In this document: in pieces, positions 24,151-36,700 of the stretch
Position numbering within the stretch: position 1 is the stretch's first letter
Layout: the number at the start of each line of letters is the position of its first letter
Source of the DNA: Bispira polyomma
Lineage: Eukaryota
NCBI GenBank assembly: GCA_965649765.1
Contig: OZ287754.1
Coordinates: forward strand, 17,360,001-17,424,000
Direction: 5' to 3'
Length of the DNA: 64,000 bases
Translations under genes and position numbers: made by a program
Notes under the pieces: model-generated
Database searches by the model: none
What the model was told of the DNA's origin: nothing
What the model saw: only the letters and a program-made list of their open reading frames with translations

Positions 24151-24953
24151 CTAAAAACCAGTCAAACCTGCTCGTGAGACCACCTCTACATATAGAGACC
24201 ACCTCTATAGAGTGAAAACTACCTCTATTTTTTGAGAGACTACCTCTATAGATAGATCACACTTTCTTTTCCTAAGAATAATGTTTAAAGAATATTCAAT
24301 CTATATAAAGACCACCTCTGTATGAAGATATTTATATACAAGTTTTACTATAGGCTTTTGGCCTCTAATTAAAGTAGAACGTCTATTCTCTAAAACAAAA
24401 ACTCTTTGATAAAACTAAAGTTGACTTCCAAATTTAGATTAAGAACTGAATGTTGCTTGCATTAATGCATTTGACAATCAGGCTGAAACCTTGCAATCGG
24501 TTTAGGTGGACTCTAAAGACAAATAGGCTATGTACTCTTTACTCATGGATACCAAAGCTGTGTATAAATGTCATTTGCATTGATTATCATCCATACTAAA
24601 TTAATTGATGCATCAAAAACCAACTAAAACTAAATAATTGCTGATACATACAAAAGTCAAATTCTTTTTAGTAGTAATATACTAAAATTTTACTCCGGGT
24701 AAAACTGTTATACTTTATAGAATTTTCTTACACAGCCAAAGCTGTGTACAAGAACTACTCTTAAGTCAACTTATATCTGAAAATTTTGAAAAAAAAAACA
24801 AAAAAACAGTTTTACTTATACTCTTTGTACAAAACACATTGTGTACTGGTCTTAATGAAACGCAAGTACTACATAATTGGCAATAAATAAAGCACTAGTT
24901 GTCTAGCTTATATGTTATCATATGTCCATAGTATGTATATGCCAACAAATTAC

Positions 24954-25115
24954 CAAAGCAAATTCCTTAAAATCGGCATCCCAGTCCAATCCGGGGGAGT
25001 TAGAGGCACCTGCTGGTGCATTGTGGGAAGATGCAGCAGGTGCTCCCCCAATGGCCCCTCCTGCCTCATGAGAGAAGCTTGCTTGGCCTTGTGGAAAGTT
25101 TGGCTCTAGAGGATC
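24954..25115 (-). CDS. CCDC91: CCDC91 coding exon 4 (DPLEPNF...PGLDWDADFKEFAL)
   Basis: taacag acceptor, gtaatt donor, 162 nt open frame, GC-rich island within an AT-rich intron. Confidence 0.78.
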
Positions 25116-25174
25116 CTGTTAGATGGAACAAATATAGGAATCATCAATGTAGTTAAGAAATAGACTTTATTATA

Positions 25175-25377
25175 CCTAGGGGAATACAATATATTGCAAT
25201 ACGAAATTGGAAAAGCAACATGTAGTGAATACATCAAATCTATTGAATATTGCTCACTTCTTGCAATATGATTTTCAAGTACAATACACACCCATAATTG
25301 TGTTCTGAAACCAGTACTTGTATTTGCAGTTACTCGAGGTACTTGTACTTGGCAACTTGTACTTGAGCCCAGGCCTG
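25175..25377. mobile_element. hAT-like MITE remnant
   Basis: The right end reads CAGGCCTGGGCTCAAGTAC on the minus strand with subterminal AAGTAC repeats, the same style as the terminus at 37313. Confidence 0.45.
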
Positions 25378-25629
25378 ATCTCTGCCAAAGTTGTATTGCA
25401 AAAATATATAAAATTAGCCCATAATAAGATGGTTATGAAGTGGATATGGTGGAATTACAAGGATTTCAAGGTTTGTGCACAGTTGGGTACAATGATTCTT
25501 CTTAATTATATATTTTTCGGTCAAACCAGTTCTAGCTGTGCAAAAGTAAATCATTTTTCTCTCAGAATTCTCTCTAAATACTACTGTATGTTCTTATTGT
25601 GATAATCACTCTTTGTTTTGCCATCATAC

Positions 25630-25709
25630 CTGAACATTAGGTCTGATCTCTGCTGAAGAGGAAGCAGATGCATTACCAGGTGGTCTTATCAAATCTGGCT
25701 GATTCTGAC
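25630..25709 (-). CDS. CCDC91: CCDC91 coding exon 3 (GQNQPDLIRPPGNASASSSAEIRPNVQ)
   Basis: tttccag acceptor, gtatga donor, 80 nt, phase 1 to 0. Confidence 0.8.
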
Positions 25710-26098
25710 CTGGAAACATAGGAATTGAAAATGCAAATGCGTTTCATTTTTGAGCATTTTAAACAATCATTGCAGTAGAATTTATGTTATGGGTGCATCA
25801 ATAAAACTCCGGAGATCCGGATATAATGCCACTTGTGTCAAATTTGGGTATAGGTTAGTGGGTCAATCAAAACATTTCACTTTGTACACTAAACTTGTAC
25901 TTGTTGTGGCACTTTATGTGCCTCGACACCCTGAGCACGATATATAAGAATAAATGAATAAATATTAACTTATACTTGAAAGAGAACTTAGAGAATTTAT
26001 ATTTCCCAATCATAATCAGGTTTCTACTGTATTGCACACTTGGGGAGTATATATTGCCCAGTGGTTTTCTGGTCAACCCTAAACAAAGGTTTACTGAC

Positions 26099-26180
26099 CT
26101 GGAAAGAATGCCCACGGTGAGGGGCTGGCCTGAACACCATCCACTATAGGCTGAGCTTCTTGTTCATCTTCTTCTGCAGC
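26099..26180 (-). CDS. CCDC91: CCDC91 coding exon 2 (AAEEDEQEAQPIVDGVQASPSPWAFFP)
   Basis: ttcag acceptor, gtcagt donor, 82 nt, conserved PWAxFP motif. Confidence 0.9.
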
Positions 26181-26761
26181 CTGAAGTCAAACAAGTTGGG
26201 GCTGTAGTTTGACAGATCTTATGCTTAATGCATCATATTAATTGAAAGATAGGATTCACTGAATCCATGTGACAATAAAGACATTTAAAATCTGAATTTA
26301 CTGAATTTTTTTCATTGAGGGTACATTAAAATGAAAAGTAACATGTTCAGGTTACACCCATAAATCTTGCCAATCTGTGAATTTCATATTTCAGTTTTTG
26401 AAGCAGGTATAACAAAGATTTTTCATAAAGATAGTCCTCTGTGATGATGTGGACAGTCACTTGACTTGGTACAAACACTAGCTGAATATTAAAGGAAAAT
26501 AGATTCTTATTTAGTTTTTTATATTGTTGTAAAACAAGTTATTCAAACCTTTAAGACAGCTACTAAAAATACACGAAGACATCTGTTGCCTCATTAAAAT
26601 ATTTAAAATGTTCACGCTTTTATACATAATATAATTGGAATTCACAAAAAGTGCTAAGCAAAAATCTTAGCCGAGACAAAATTTTAGACTAAAGATAAAT
26701 TTTAGACTTAATACCTTTTGTAAATCCCACCCTAGACTCACATGTCGGCCGAGTTTCTGCA

Positions 26762-26937
26762 TACAGTCAAACTGTTTAAGTCGAACTCTACTCAATTAGC
26801 CTGTTATGTAGAGAAAAATATTTGGTCCCACAAAGGCATTGTCTTTTAAAATCAACCATGTTAAATGAAAACCCCGCTTAAGTAAACGTGTTTTTCCTTG
26901 TTTCTTTGATGTTTGCCTTTAAGGAGTTCAACTGTAT
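26762..26937. mobile_element. MITE with TA|CAGTCAAAC...GTTCAACTG|TA ends; relatives at 8397-8570 and 52368-52548
   Basis: Short terminal inverted repeats and TA flanks. Confidence 0.6.
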
Positions 26938-26970
26938 ACATGTATACATACAACATTTCATGTAACTTAC

Positions 26971-27000
26971 TTCAAATCCTCCAAACTCATCATCATCCAT
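26971..27000 (-). CDS. CCDC91: CCDC91 coding exon 1 (MDDDEFGGFE); exon starts at 27015 after an acceptor
   Basis: CCACCATGG Kozak context, upstream ttcag acceptor, gtaagt donor, phase 0. Confidence 0.92.
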
Positions 27001-27532
27001 GGTGGATTTAATGCCCTGAAGAGGAATAACAACAAAGACTGAGACATCATAAACGGCCTGTGCTCACATTTTACTCAAAACTGATTACATAAACTTCATT
27101 CCAAAGAATACTCTAGAAAGGATTAACACAGGTGTTCATGCAAATTATGAGAATTTCAGTGAGCTGCACCAATTTACATCCAAGAATATGGTCCAACATC
27201 TCGCATTTTTCTAGCAAGGACAATATTGTACAGCTTTTTTTACACATGCCTCCACCACTCCGAAATTTACATTGACTTTGTATTGATTTTACTGGGTGGC
27301 TGAGGCCAAGGATAGGCCGAAGCTGGCACCACCCTTGGTACTGTGTACAGTACATAGGTGAGGGGTATTCTCGACATAGGACAATTCTGGATGCTATAAA
27401 CAAGTGTGCTGCAAAAATTAAATATAACAAAAGAAAACTTGTGAAGAAGTATTTAACTAATTATTATTGATCAGTTAAATATTTCTTTTTAATTTCCCTA
27501 AATTTTGAGCGAACCGCTGTCCTTCTGCATTA

Positions 27533-28188
27533 GGTGCCTCTCGCTGCCACAGGAAATTGCTACATCAACTCGCTACATGAACTCGCTACAAATATATGTC
27601 AAAGTTTATGAAAGGTGTACCTACTATATTATTTTTATTAAATAGATACATGTATAGTGGCTGTTAATTTTAATAAATACCCCTAATATATTTATCATGT
27701 AACTGAATCTGTAGCTGGCGAAGGATTGCTGCATCAAACAATATTTAAATAAGCAGTTCACGAAAACTGACAAACGTGGCTTTAATTTATTAAATACCCC
27801 AGCAAATAGCAGAAGGCCGTCCTCATTAACATAATATATCTATCACGTAAATTAATCTGTAACTGGCCAGTGATTGCTCCATTAAGCAATATTTAAATCA
27901 GCAGTTAACGGAAAGTGACGAAAGTGGCTTTATTTTATTAAATACCCCAGCAATCTGCGGAACGCTGTCCTTATTAACATAATATATCTATCACATAACT
28001 GACCAAAGCGGCTTTATTTTATTAAATACTTCAACAAATAGAAGAGCGCAGAATAATATACACCACGTAATTGCCCTGATATATACTGGCCAATAATTGT
28101 TAATTAAGGTGGCTTTCATAATGGTAGCGAGTCTATGGTAGCGAGTTCATGTAGCGAGTTGATGGTAGCGACTTTCCATGGCAGCGAG
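27533..28188. mobile_element. Foldback/MITE-like element with CTCGCTAC-repeat TIRs and internal tandem units of about 130 bp
   Basis: 27540-27589 is the reverse complement of 28138-28188. The internal gtggcttta..ttattaaatacccc unit occurs about 4 times. Confidence 0.75.
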
Positions 28189-31100
28189 TTGAAGGTAACA
28201 AGTTTCAGGGAAGCCTCTTTAATTGCTTTAAAAGGAGGCTTAGTTAGAGCCAATAGTACCAATGACAGATCCCAAGTAGGTATACCCCTATCTTTGACAG
28301 GTTTGTCCCTATAAAAACTGGCTAGAGGTCTGTTTAGATCAAGACTTTTTGAGACTTCTAGTCCTTTGGTGCCCAAATGATCTGCAATAGCTGTTCGGTA
28401 TCCGGCTATTTTAGCATGTTTGAGATTTTGTTTCTGAAACAGGAATGGTAGAAAATATGCCACCTGAGCTATAGAAGCTGAGGAGCTGACCACCTTATTC
28501 TCTGAGGCCCATTGTTCAAATAAGGACCACCTCGATTTATATACTTGTCTAGAGGATGGTCTCTGAGGTGCCTTAATTTGTTCTTCCACTGATCTTGAAT
28601 ACTGGTATTCTGTTTGCAATGAGATTCCAGTATTCAGACATAAAGATTCAGATATGGCAGGTTTTGGTGGTAATGGAGGCCGAAAGGTTGCTTTAGCAGA
28701 TGAGGCCACTGAGGTATCAGAAGTGGTGGTATTACTGACAGGTCCACCAGATTCCATAACCAAGACATGCCCGGCCATCCCAGGGCTAGGACCATTATCT
28801 GACACTGGTAAGTCAGTACTTTCTGTACCAGCTTGGACAAAAGAGGTACTGGACAAAAGGCATGGTCGTCCAAACCCTCCCAGGAGATGTTCAATGCATC
28901 TATCTCCAGAGCATGGGCATCTGGTATTGGAGTCACATACAGGGTGTGGCAAACACATTTTTGGATGTGGCAAACAGGTCTGACATGGGAGCTTGAACAT
29001 TTCTGGGTGTAAGAACCACTTGGTCTGAATTACTTCGTCTTTCCGAGAGAGACTGTCTGCTACCACATTTAGTGGCCCTTGTATATGGCGGACTCGAACC
29101 CTGATCTTTCTGGGATTGCAGTAGGCAAATATCCGCCAAACCATGAGACGCATTTCTACTGAGTGAGTTCTGCCTTGTTTGTTCAGATATGAAATGACGG
29201 ATGAGTTGTCTGAGGCTACTAGTACCCTTTGCTGAAGAACCTGGTCTTGGAAAGCTTTTAGAGCAAGATACACTGCCTTGAGTTCTAGCAGGTTTATATG
29301 AAAGCCTCTTTCTTGACTTGACCATTGACCACTGGCGGTCAAATTGCCTAGATGTGCCCCCCAACCTGTGTTGGATGCGTCTGTGAATAGGAGAAGATTG
29401 TGCTCCTTTGGATGCAAATTTTCTCCTGCCATGACATTTAAGAGGTCTTCCCACCATTGTAGATGGTTCCTTAACTGGGCTGATCCTGGGATCTGGCTGT
29501 CCAGAGACTGGGGAAATTTCCAATGGGATTTCAGATACCACTGGCAAGGTCTCATATGTAGTCTGGCAAATGGCACTGTTTTTTCCATACTGGCCAGCAT
29601 GCCTATCAGGGACATTAAGATTCATGGTGTAATGACTCGAGCTTTTGACCTTGAAAATCATTTGTGATAGTTTCGATCACTTCTTTTTGGTTCTTTAAAT
29701 CAAATTTGTACCCCAGGAAATCGATCACTTGAGTGGGCTGGAGTTCCGATTTTTTGAAATTGATAAGCCAGCCCATCTGTTGTACTATTGAAACCATCAT
29801 TGGAATATGGATTCGGCTTTGTTCGAGAGATGGGGACCGAATTAACCAGTCGTCGATGTACTGGTGAATTCTGATTCCTTGCGCTTGGAGTACTAATTTC
29901 ATTTTTTTAACGGTTTTGGTAGTCGGCTGTAGAACCCCAGAGTTGTGGAATGATTTACCTTGCAAATCGCTTGTTTCTGGAGCATTTGGGAAGACACATT
30001 CTTTCAAAAACGCCTGTTTTTCACCATTTTGGTAACCGCTCGAAACAGTCAGATGTCTGGCTAACAGAAGCTTTACTTTGGGAACTATCTGATAGCCGTA
30101 TCGCAGGATTTGCACAACTCGGGGATGGCAACCTAACTTTCTCCATACCTGCCAGTAGTTTTCTAAGCGGCCCCCACCAGATCCTGGATTGTCACGTATG
30201 CCGCCCACTGCCTCTGCCACCACGTGTGTTGCTGGTAGAGCTCTGTAAGTTAGTAGACTTCTTGCTAAACCCGTCACCACGTCCTTTCGACCAGTTGTTG
30301 TTGGGCTTGAATGAGGTGTTCTTAGACTGGTAAGTGGACTGATAAGCTGGCTGCTAGAAAGATTGCTTGTTGTCAGAATATCTTGGGCGTTTAGGCGATG
30401 ACTGTTTGAACTTAGCTTTCGCCTGCTTCTTTTCGATCTCGTTCTTAGGCGGTTTGTGTCATGCTCATCTAGTTAAGGGCAGCAAGTCTTCAAAATGGCA
30501 TCTCTACTGGCTAACTGAAGATTACAAGCAATTGCTATGGATGTGTCGACTGTCGTCTCAAGAGCTCTGTGGACTGATCCTAGTACTGCCCTAGCAATTT
30601 GGACACTGTCCCCAATCTTCTCAGTTAACTTGGCCAATTCATCCTCTTTCACTATTTCTGCTAAAGCCAATAAGTTACTATCAGAGTCCAGTAAGGACTT
30701 ATCCAGTGCCCGAATGAAGTGGAAGACATAGCTGAGAACTTGCATGTTTTCCCTTAACACAGTTTCCATCTTGGTAACCTAGCTAATAGGCATGGAAACA
30801 CTTGAGGGTTGAGAAGCATTTTTCGCCATCACACATTTAAATGCGTCTTGACACTTTGGCGAACTGACTGAAAACGCGTTGGAGGTGGATCGGTAGTATT
30901 TCATGGCTGGGCTGTTGTAGCTAATAAAACAGTTCTTGTTTATTGGCGTAGAATCGAGGACATCCACATTCTTGGGGTCTGGACGTCCCGAAGCGAGATC
31001 TTCATAGAATCTCCAGCGTGCTACCACTTCCTCTACTGGTGGCAAGGTGAGGGCAAGTACTGGTGACTTTGACTACTGAGCTTTGTGCTGGGCTCTGGAG

Positions 31101-31968
31101 GTGTCTCTATGGCCAGCAACGCCTGAAGTGTCCCCAACAATTGTCTGTAAGAGGGGTCCTCTTCCTTTTCTGCCACGTGGTCAGTAGTCTGGTCATCTTT
31201 CTCCATAGGGGAGACAGATCTCTTTCGACCTCTGGAAGCATGGGATTCGTCTTCAGAATCGTCTCCACGCACTGAGAGAGTATTGGATCTAGAGGTTTTA
31301 GCTCTGCCCTCTACTCTCGCCATGCGGTCAGAAAGTCTACCTAATTCAGTTAGGATTTGCTGAAGAGGGTCGTCTGGTTTCTTCACTGGAACCATGGCCT
31401 CCTCATCTAGCAAGGCATCATCAAACGAGTAGGTAGCCAGTAGCTTCTTGAACTTCAGTTTGGCAGCTGTAAGTTGGTTCGCCTGGTCGCTGGTGAGTTG
31501 AAGACACAGGTAGCAATCCCCAGGATTGGAAGTTACACACAGATCTTCACCCAGTCGTTTGTCCCGGCAAGGCAGACAGTGACCATGGTGGTCAAAGTCG
31601 TAAACCTCATGTCCACACTCGGGGCTATTCTCTCGCTAACAACAGAGGAAGCTTCTTTTTCCGCCATGACTTGGCAAAATTTTTATCATAAAAAAAGAAA
31701 ACCCTATTGTGGAGCTGGTCAAAATGGTAGATTGGTCCTGCAAAAAGTCATTCAATGAGATCCGACGACCAAATGAATCTGAAGAGTGCAAGCACCAAAA
31801 GAAGTGACTTAACTTCCTGCGCATGGGCACCACTCTTTGTTGGATGAAAGTAAAATTAAGAAACAAGAATAGTCTTTATAAAAAGACTTATTTTTTGGTC
31901 GAGCAATTATTCAAAATGAATAAAAGCACTTAGTAAGGATAAGATAAGGATATTTATCGCAATAAAAA
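28189..31968 (-). mobile_element. Second DIRS1-type element (related but distinct family), 5' ITR present, 3' third missing
   Basis: 5' ITR 31862-31968 is homologous to that of element 1. Gag starts at ATG 31667 (ECGHEVYDFDHHGHCLPCRDKRLGEDLC). RT keeps YIDD but lacks the FLVPKP-to-LPFG segment. RNase H, MT (HAFCP) and YR up to EASLKLVTF are present. Many frameshifts. Confidence 0.92.
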
Positions 31969-32519
31969 CGACGGCCCTCATGGCATATTGGCCTGATCTC
32001 GGCTGCATATATCTCAGTATGCCTATATCGTCCAGAATCTCCCTACTGTACATCCAGAATATTTCCCTCACCCGTGTAGTTGCGTATTTTAATTTATGTT
32101 ACTGGTAGACCACTCCACACCCGGTACTGTATGTATGCACGGAATTTAATCACTCCTTGAAGTGTTACTACGCCTCCACTCGTGATAAAATTCCATATAT
32201 ACCTAATTTGTTATAGATTAAGCCTTAAAAATACCAGCACTTCCACAGAGAATAATAATTTTAAAATTAACTTCATGAAACCTTGAATTATCACCCACCA
32301 GGAAGTTACGGTTACAATTGGAAAACGCTAAAAGCCATAGTACAAAAGCCATTACGTATTACGAATATATTTTATAATATTCTGGTAATTTTGATTATGT
32401 CAATGTAGTCTTGTGTAACATTTTCAGCTTAAAATGCAACTAATTATTAATAATTGACTTTACATTTAAAGCAAACATCTATGTACAAATGATTAACACT
32501 TTATAGAAAGAGAGTCAAA

Positions 32520-33765
32520 GAGTGACCCCTTGGGTACTCTGAATGGAAGTTTAAAAGAGGATTTTTTAGTTTTGAGAGTCATGTAGGACATAATCGAATC
32601 TAGGAGAGTGCCATTTAGTCCAAACCACTGTTTAAAGGTGTTAAATAGTAAACGCTGGGCAGACTGGTATTAAAAGCTGCTGAGAGATTTGGAAGAGGAA
32701 GAACTACAGTTTAATCACAATCCCAGGTAAGGTTAATGTCATTACTAATGGAAAGGAGGGAAGTTTTTGAGGAATAAAACTATCTGTAAGGAGATTAGTG
32801 TGACTTTCCAAGGTTTTGTTGGTTAAAGTGGTCAGAGATTGTCTTTGCATCATTTTTTTTTTTCAATCATTTTAGACACAAAGCTGAGGTTAGAGACGAA
32901 TCTATATTTTTTCAGCTCATTTTTGTGAAGCCTTAATTTTTTCAGTAAGGTGGCAAAATTAGCGGTTTTGAAACAAGAGGGGATAAGACCATGCATCCCC
33001 ATGTGAAAAATTAATAATGTTGGTAGAATGGGTTGTAATGAGATATCTGCTTCACAGTTTAACATTTAACAGTCTGTTCACTCTACATATATATGTAAGA
33101 TATTTGTGTGTTTAAGTGTTCCTAATATATGTTGGTTGAGCCAGCATCTAGTCTTATTTCTTAAATGAAAGTAAATCTGTTAGTTATTAAGGCAACATAT
33201 AAAACACGACAAGGTATCAGATGTAAATTCTGAATATAGTTGTGTTCAAGGAATACTAGGATTAATGTGACATTTGTCTCATTATCAAAATGAATAAAAA
33301 TGTACCAACGGCAGTGATGGACTGGGAATCCATATTATAACAATCTCCCAGAAAGTTGAAAGAAATTTCAACAAGATGTATATTATATGTATTCTGAATG
33401 GTTCTTTATTGAATATATCAGAATCTGCTCAAATCAACTACTAACATGAATGTTATGAGTTTAGGAAAATTATTCTCAGAAAGTGTATAGAAATGGAGCA
33501 GATTAGAAACTTTATAGCCCAGGGATGCTGGGTAAAACCAAGACATTGATGAAAAGCTAACCTGAATTTTTTAGTTATTTTGTAACTGTAGAATTTTTTT
33601 AATTTATCTGCTGAAAATGTAAGACAATGATTATCAGGCAAAACTGGTTATGATGGATAGTGCAGTATTTTATTAATTGAGTCCCATAACTTTTTAAGAC
33701 TGTGTGCACAATCATTGATAACTGAGTTGTAATGTTCTTTATGTGCTTTAATCATCAACATATTT
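32520..33765 (-). mobile_element. Highly decayed L2/CR1-group LINE ORF2 fragments
   Basis: PSCFKTA..LLKK..KYRFVSNLSFVSKMIEK and LSAAF RT motifs, plus a KKLWDSINKILH linker motif. Confidence 0.75.
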
Positions 33766-36700
33766 GTTGTATTATGTGTATATGAGATATACGGGTAACA
33801 GTTTAACCATGTGCGATGTTGAGGAATAAATAATCTGAAGATTATTTTCTCTTTTTACTTATATTATTTAATATGCCATGCTACTAATATAAAGACAGAT
33901 AATATAACATGGTGGCATGGATGTTACAATATTTATGTTAAAATATTTATATTCATCAAATTCTACTGAAAGAGAAACCTAAAATCCCCTATTATCACCC
34001 GGTGCACCACAAGAATTAATCTAGCAGTCAAAAGTTGTCATCTAACATTCCAAAGACACTATACCATTGTTAGGAACAATGCAAGCATCCAATGTATGAA
34101 CTGGTCAGTTGAGAATACTGCAGAAAACTGCCGTTTATATCAACAAAAGCTTAAGCTGTACTTTGAAGATGAGAATATTGCAATAATAAAGCCTAAGCCC
34201 GCAAAATCTTGCGCACAATGGGTCAATGAAGGTTTAAAGAAGCTATATGGTTCACCCCTCAGAGATGCTGACCAAAAACCCTAACAAGCTGTTGAAGTTT
34301 ATGAAACCCAATTAGCGTCCTCTACAGTGAACTTTGAAATACACAGATGACAACTCATCTGCCTCATTATTCAGCAAGGTGAGCCAACGACAATTTTTGA
34401 ACAAGAGCTAGGCAAGTTAGACGAGTTGAGTGAACTAATAATCAAACTGATAATTGCTAGCACCCCTCATAATGATTTTAGCAACGATCTACTAGTAGAA
34501 CCAAAAGGATATGAAATGATAGCCCTACTAGAAGCTGCTTAAAAGTATGAAGCAACGGCAGAAAGCAACCAACAGCTGCAACAGTTGGTCGCTACAGCTG
34601 ATTCAAACATTGACGCCATTTGTACATATGCTAATAACACTTGCTAGCATGACAAGTCACAACGTCCTTGTCAGTGAAGTGGTACTGTACACACATAAAA
34701 TAATTTTGACTAATATATGACCAAAAAAATTGTCCTGCATGGTGCCTATAACAATAAATTATTTCTTGTCAAAGTTTTATCAAAATTTTGTAACTTAAAT
34801 TTGTCAAGAGAGAAAAATATATGACGAATTATTAATGAATAATTGACAAACTTTTAACAATTTTTAAATTGTCATTTAAAAAAACTTTTTTTGACAAATT
34901 AAAAAATAGTAATAAAATTGTCATCTTTTTGTCATTCAAATGACTTAAAACTAATCAGACAGTATTCACACTTTAGTCCAATAATTGCTTCCAAATATAA
35001 TTGATGAAGCTGAAACTTGACATTGCTACCACACTTCAAATGATGAGACGTAAGAAATTGAAATGCTTTTTACAATGTAATAGTTAATGAGATAGTCAAT
35101 ATTAAGAGAATACGACTAAAATTTTTGATATTTCCAAAATTTGTTACTCAAAAATGAATGCCCAAGCATTTTCTCTATTAATATAGTAAGGTATCTGTAT
35201 GGAAAATTTCAATAGCTCATCCCTGCCATAGTTCTGGAAAAGATTAGTAAAATATTTGCGGATGCATGGACCAATAGCATTATAACAGCAACTTCATCAG
35301 TTGACATAAATATTAAACTTTGACAAATTAAACATTAACAAATAAAAATATCATCTTAAATTTTTTTCACCTAATTGGAAACATGAGTGGTGACCCTGAA
35401 TTAAATCAGGCTTCCAGATTGGTCGGACCAAGTTTAGATGTGGACCAAAGTGTTCAATAAATTTCAATAGACTTTGCGTTGTGTTCAAAATTAGTACCAG
35501 TTCAGATTTGGTTATATCCAAGAGTCTCTAATATTGGTGCTTGGTACCAAAAGGGCTCCTGTTGGTTATGGGGCATTAAAAAATATGCAAGATTTGCTAT
35601 TTCCTTTGTTTATAACTTCGAATACACTATATATATTAATAAAAAAGACAGTTAAACATGCATAATGACAGACTTTAAACATAGTTTACAAATATGTTTT
35701 ACACTTATGTGTTATCATTTCCTTCCATTGCTATTCAAATGAATGTTGCATGAATAAAACACCCATACACATACACCAAGCAAAACCTACTTACTGAGAC
35801 ATTCAAACATCCAGTCTTAACTGCAGTGAAGGAAATATTTTACAGTGGGTGGCCAAAAGGCATTAGGTAATTGCGGTATGATCTATGCCTTACTGGTCGA
35901 ACAGAGATGAAATTGCAATTGAAGCTAGAGTGCTATTCATGAGTAAGCAGATAATAATACCTGAGTCCATGCATGATGAAATCTTCAAAACTCTGCATCA
36001 ATCGCACCAAGGGATACAAAAGACACAGTTTAGGTAGAGAGTGATGTTATTGGCCAAATATCAACAAGCACATAGAAACAATGCAAACAATGCACTTCAA
36101 CAATATAAAAGAATACTTTTTTACAAATCACAAATTAAGAAAAGTACCTTCAAATTATTGAACTTATCTAGCTATTTAAAACAATATAAAACCATATTTT
36201 TTATTTTTTACAAAGAAAAGTACCTTTAAACGATTGAGCAGATTTGAAGTGGTTTTTCCACTAGTTGAGATTGTTATAAGGCAGTGTTTGCATTTTGCCT
36301 GAGATTTTCCATCCTTGTTTTCTGGAAGATCAAAATGTGCTGAAACAACTGATGATTTGGCAGCCATTGTAATTACAGATTGGCAATGTGACTACATTCA
36401 ACATTAAAAGGGCTTATATACAAAATTTGTCCACTAAGTTACACTGAGAAGCCACATCAAGTTAAAACATGCACATGTCAGAAGCCACATGTAGCTAACT
36501 GTTTATATGACATTATAAATTAACAATACCATATGAACAGTTACATATGTGACTTCCAGGGACCCAAGGTGTGAAGCCATAGCAGTGTAATATAAACCTA
36601 TAAAACTTTAATGGCTTCTACCTTGTAGGTTGACATAATCCTCATTCACAATACAATTAAAATGTGCTACAATGCAAAACAGATCACAGCGTAGAAGCCA

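Larger units (their letters stand above)
10058..27015 (-). other. CCDC91: CCDC91 gene span (coiled-coil domain-containing protein 91 / p56 GGA-binding accessory protein), 14 coding exons, about 547 aa
   Basis: N-terminus MDDDEFGGFE-AAEE...PWAFFP, central QEKHLTDLDEMRKAGQDAMAIIVEDYK and C-terminal KKSLHSVDLLLDSARHQLKLLL match the remembered vertebrate CCDC91 motifs (MDDDDFGGFEAAE, PWAAFP, RKAGHEALSIIVDEYK, RSLSSLELFLSCAQKQL). All introns are GT-AG with compatible phases, and the exons sum to 1644 nt. Confidence 0.93.

Noticed and set aside
31969-32206. Crypton-like non-autonomous element next to the second DIRS
   Set aside because: Only a terminal resemblance from memory (cactcgtgataaaattccatatatacctaa) and no partner end in the window; too weak to call.
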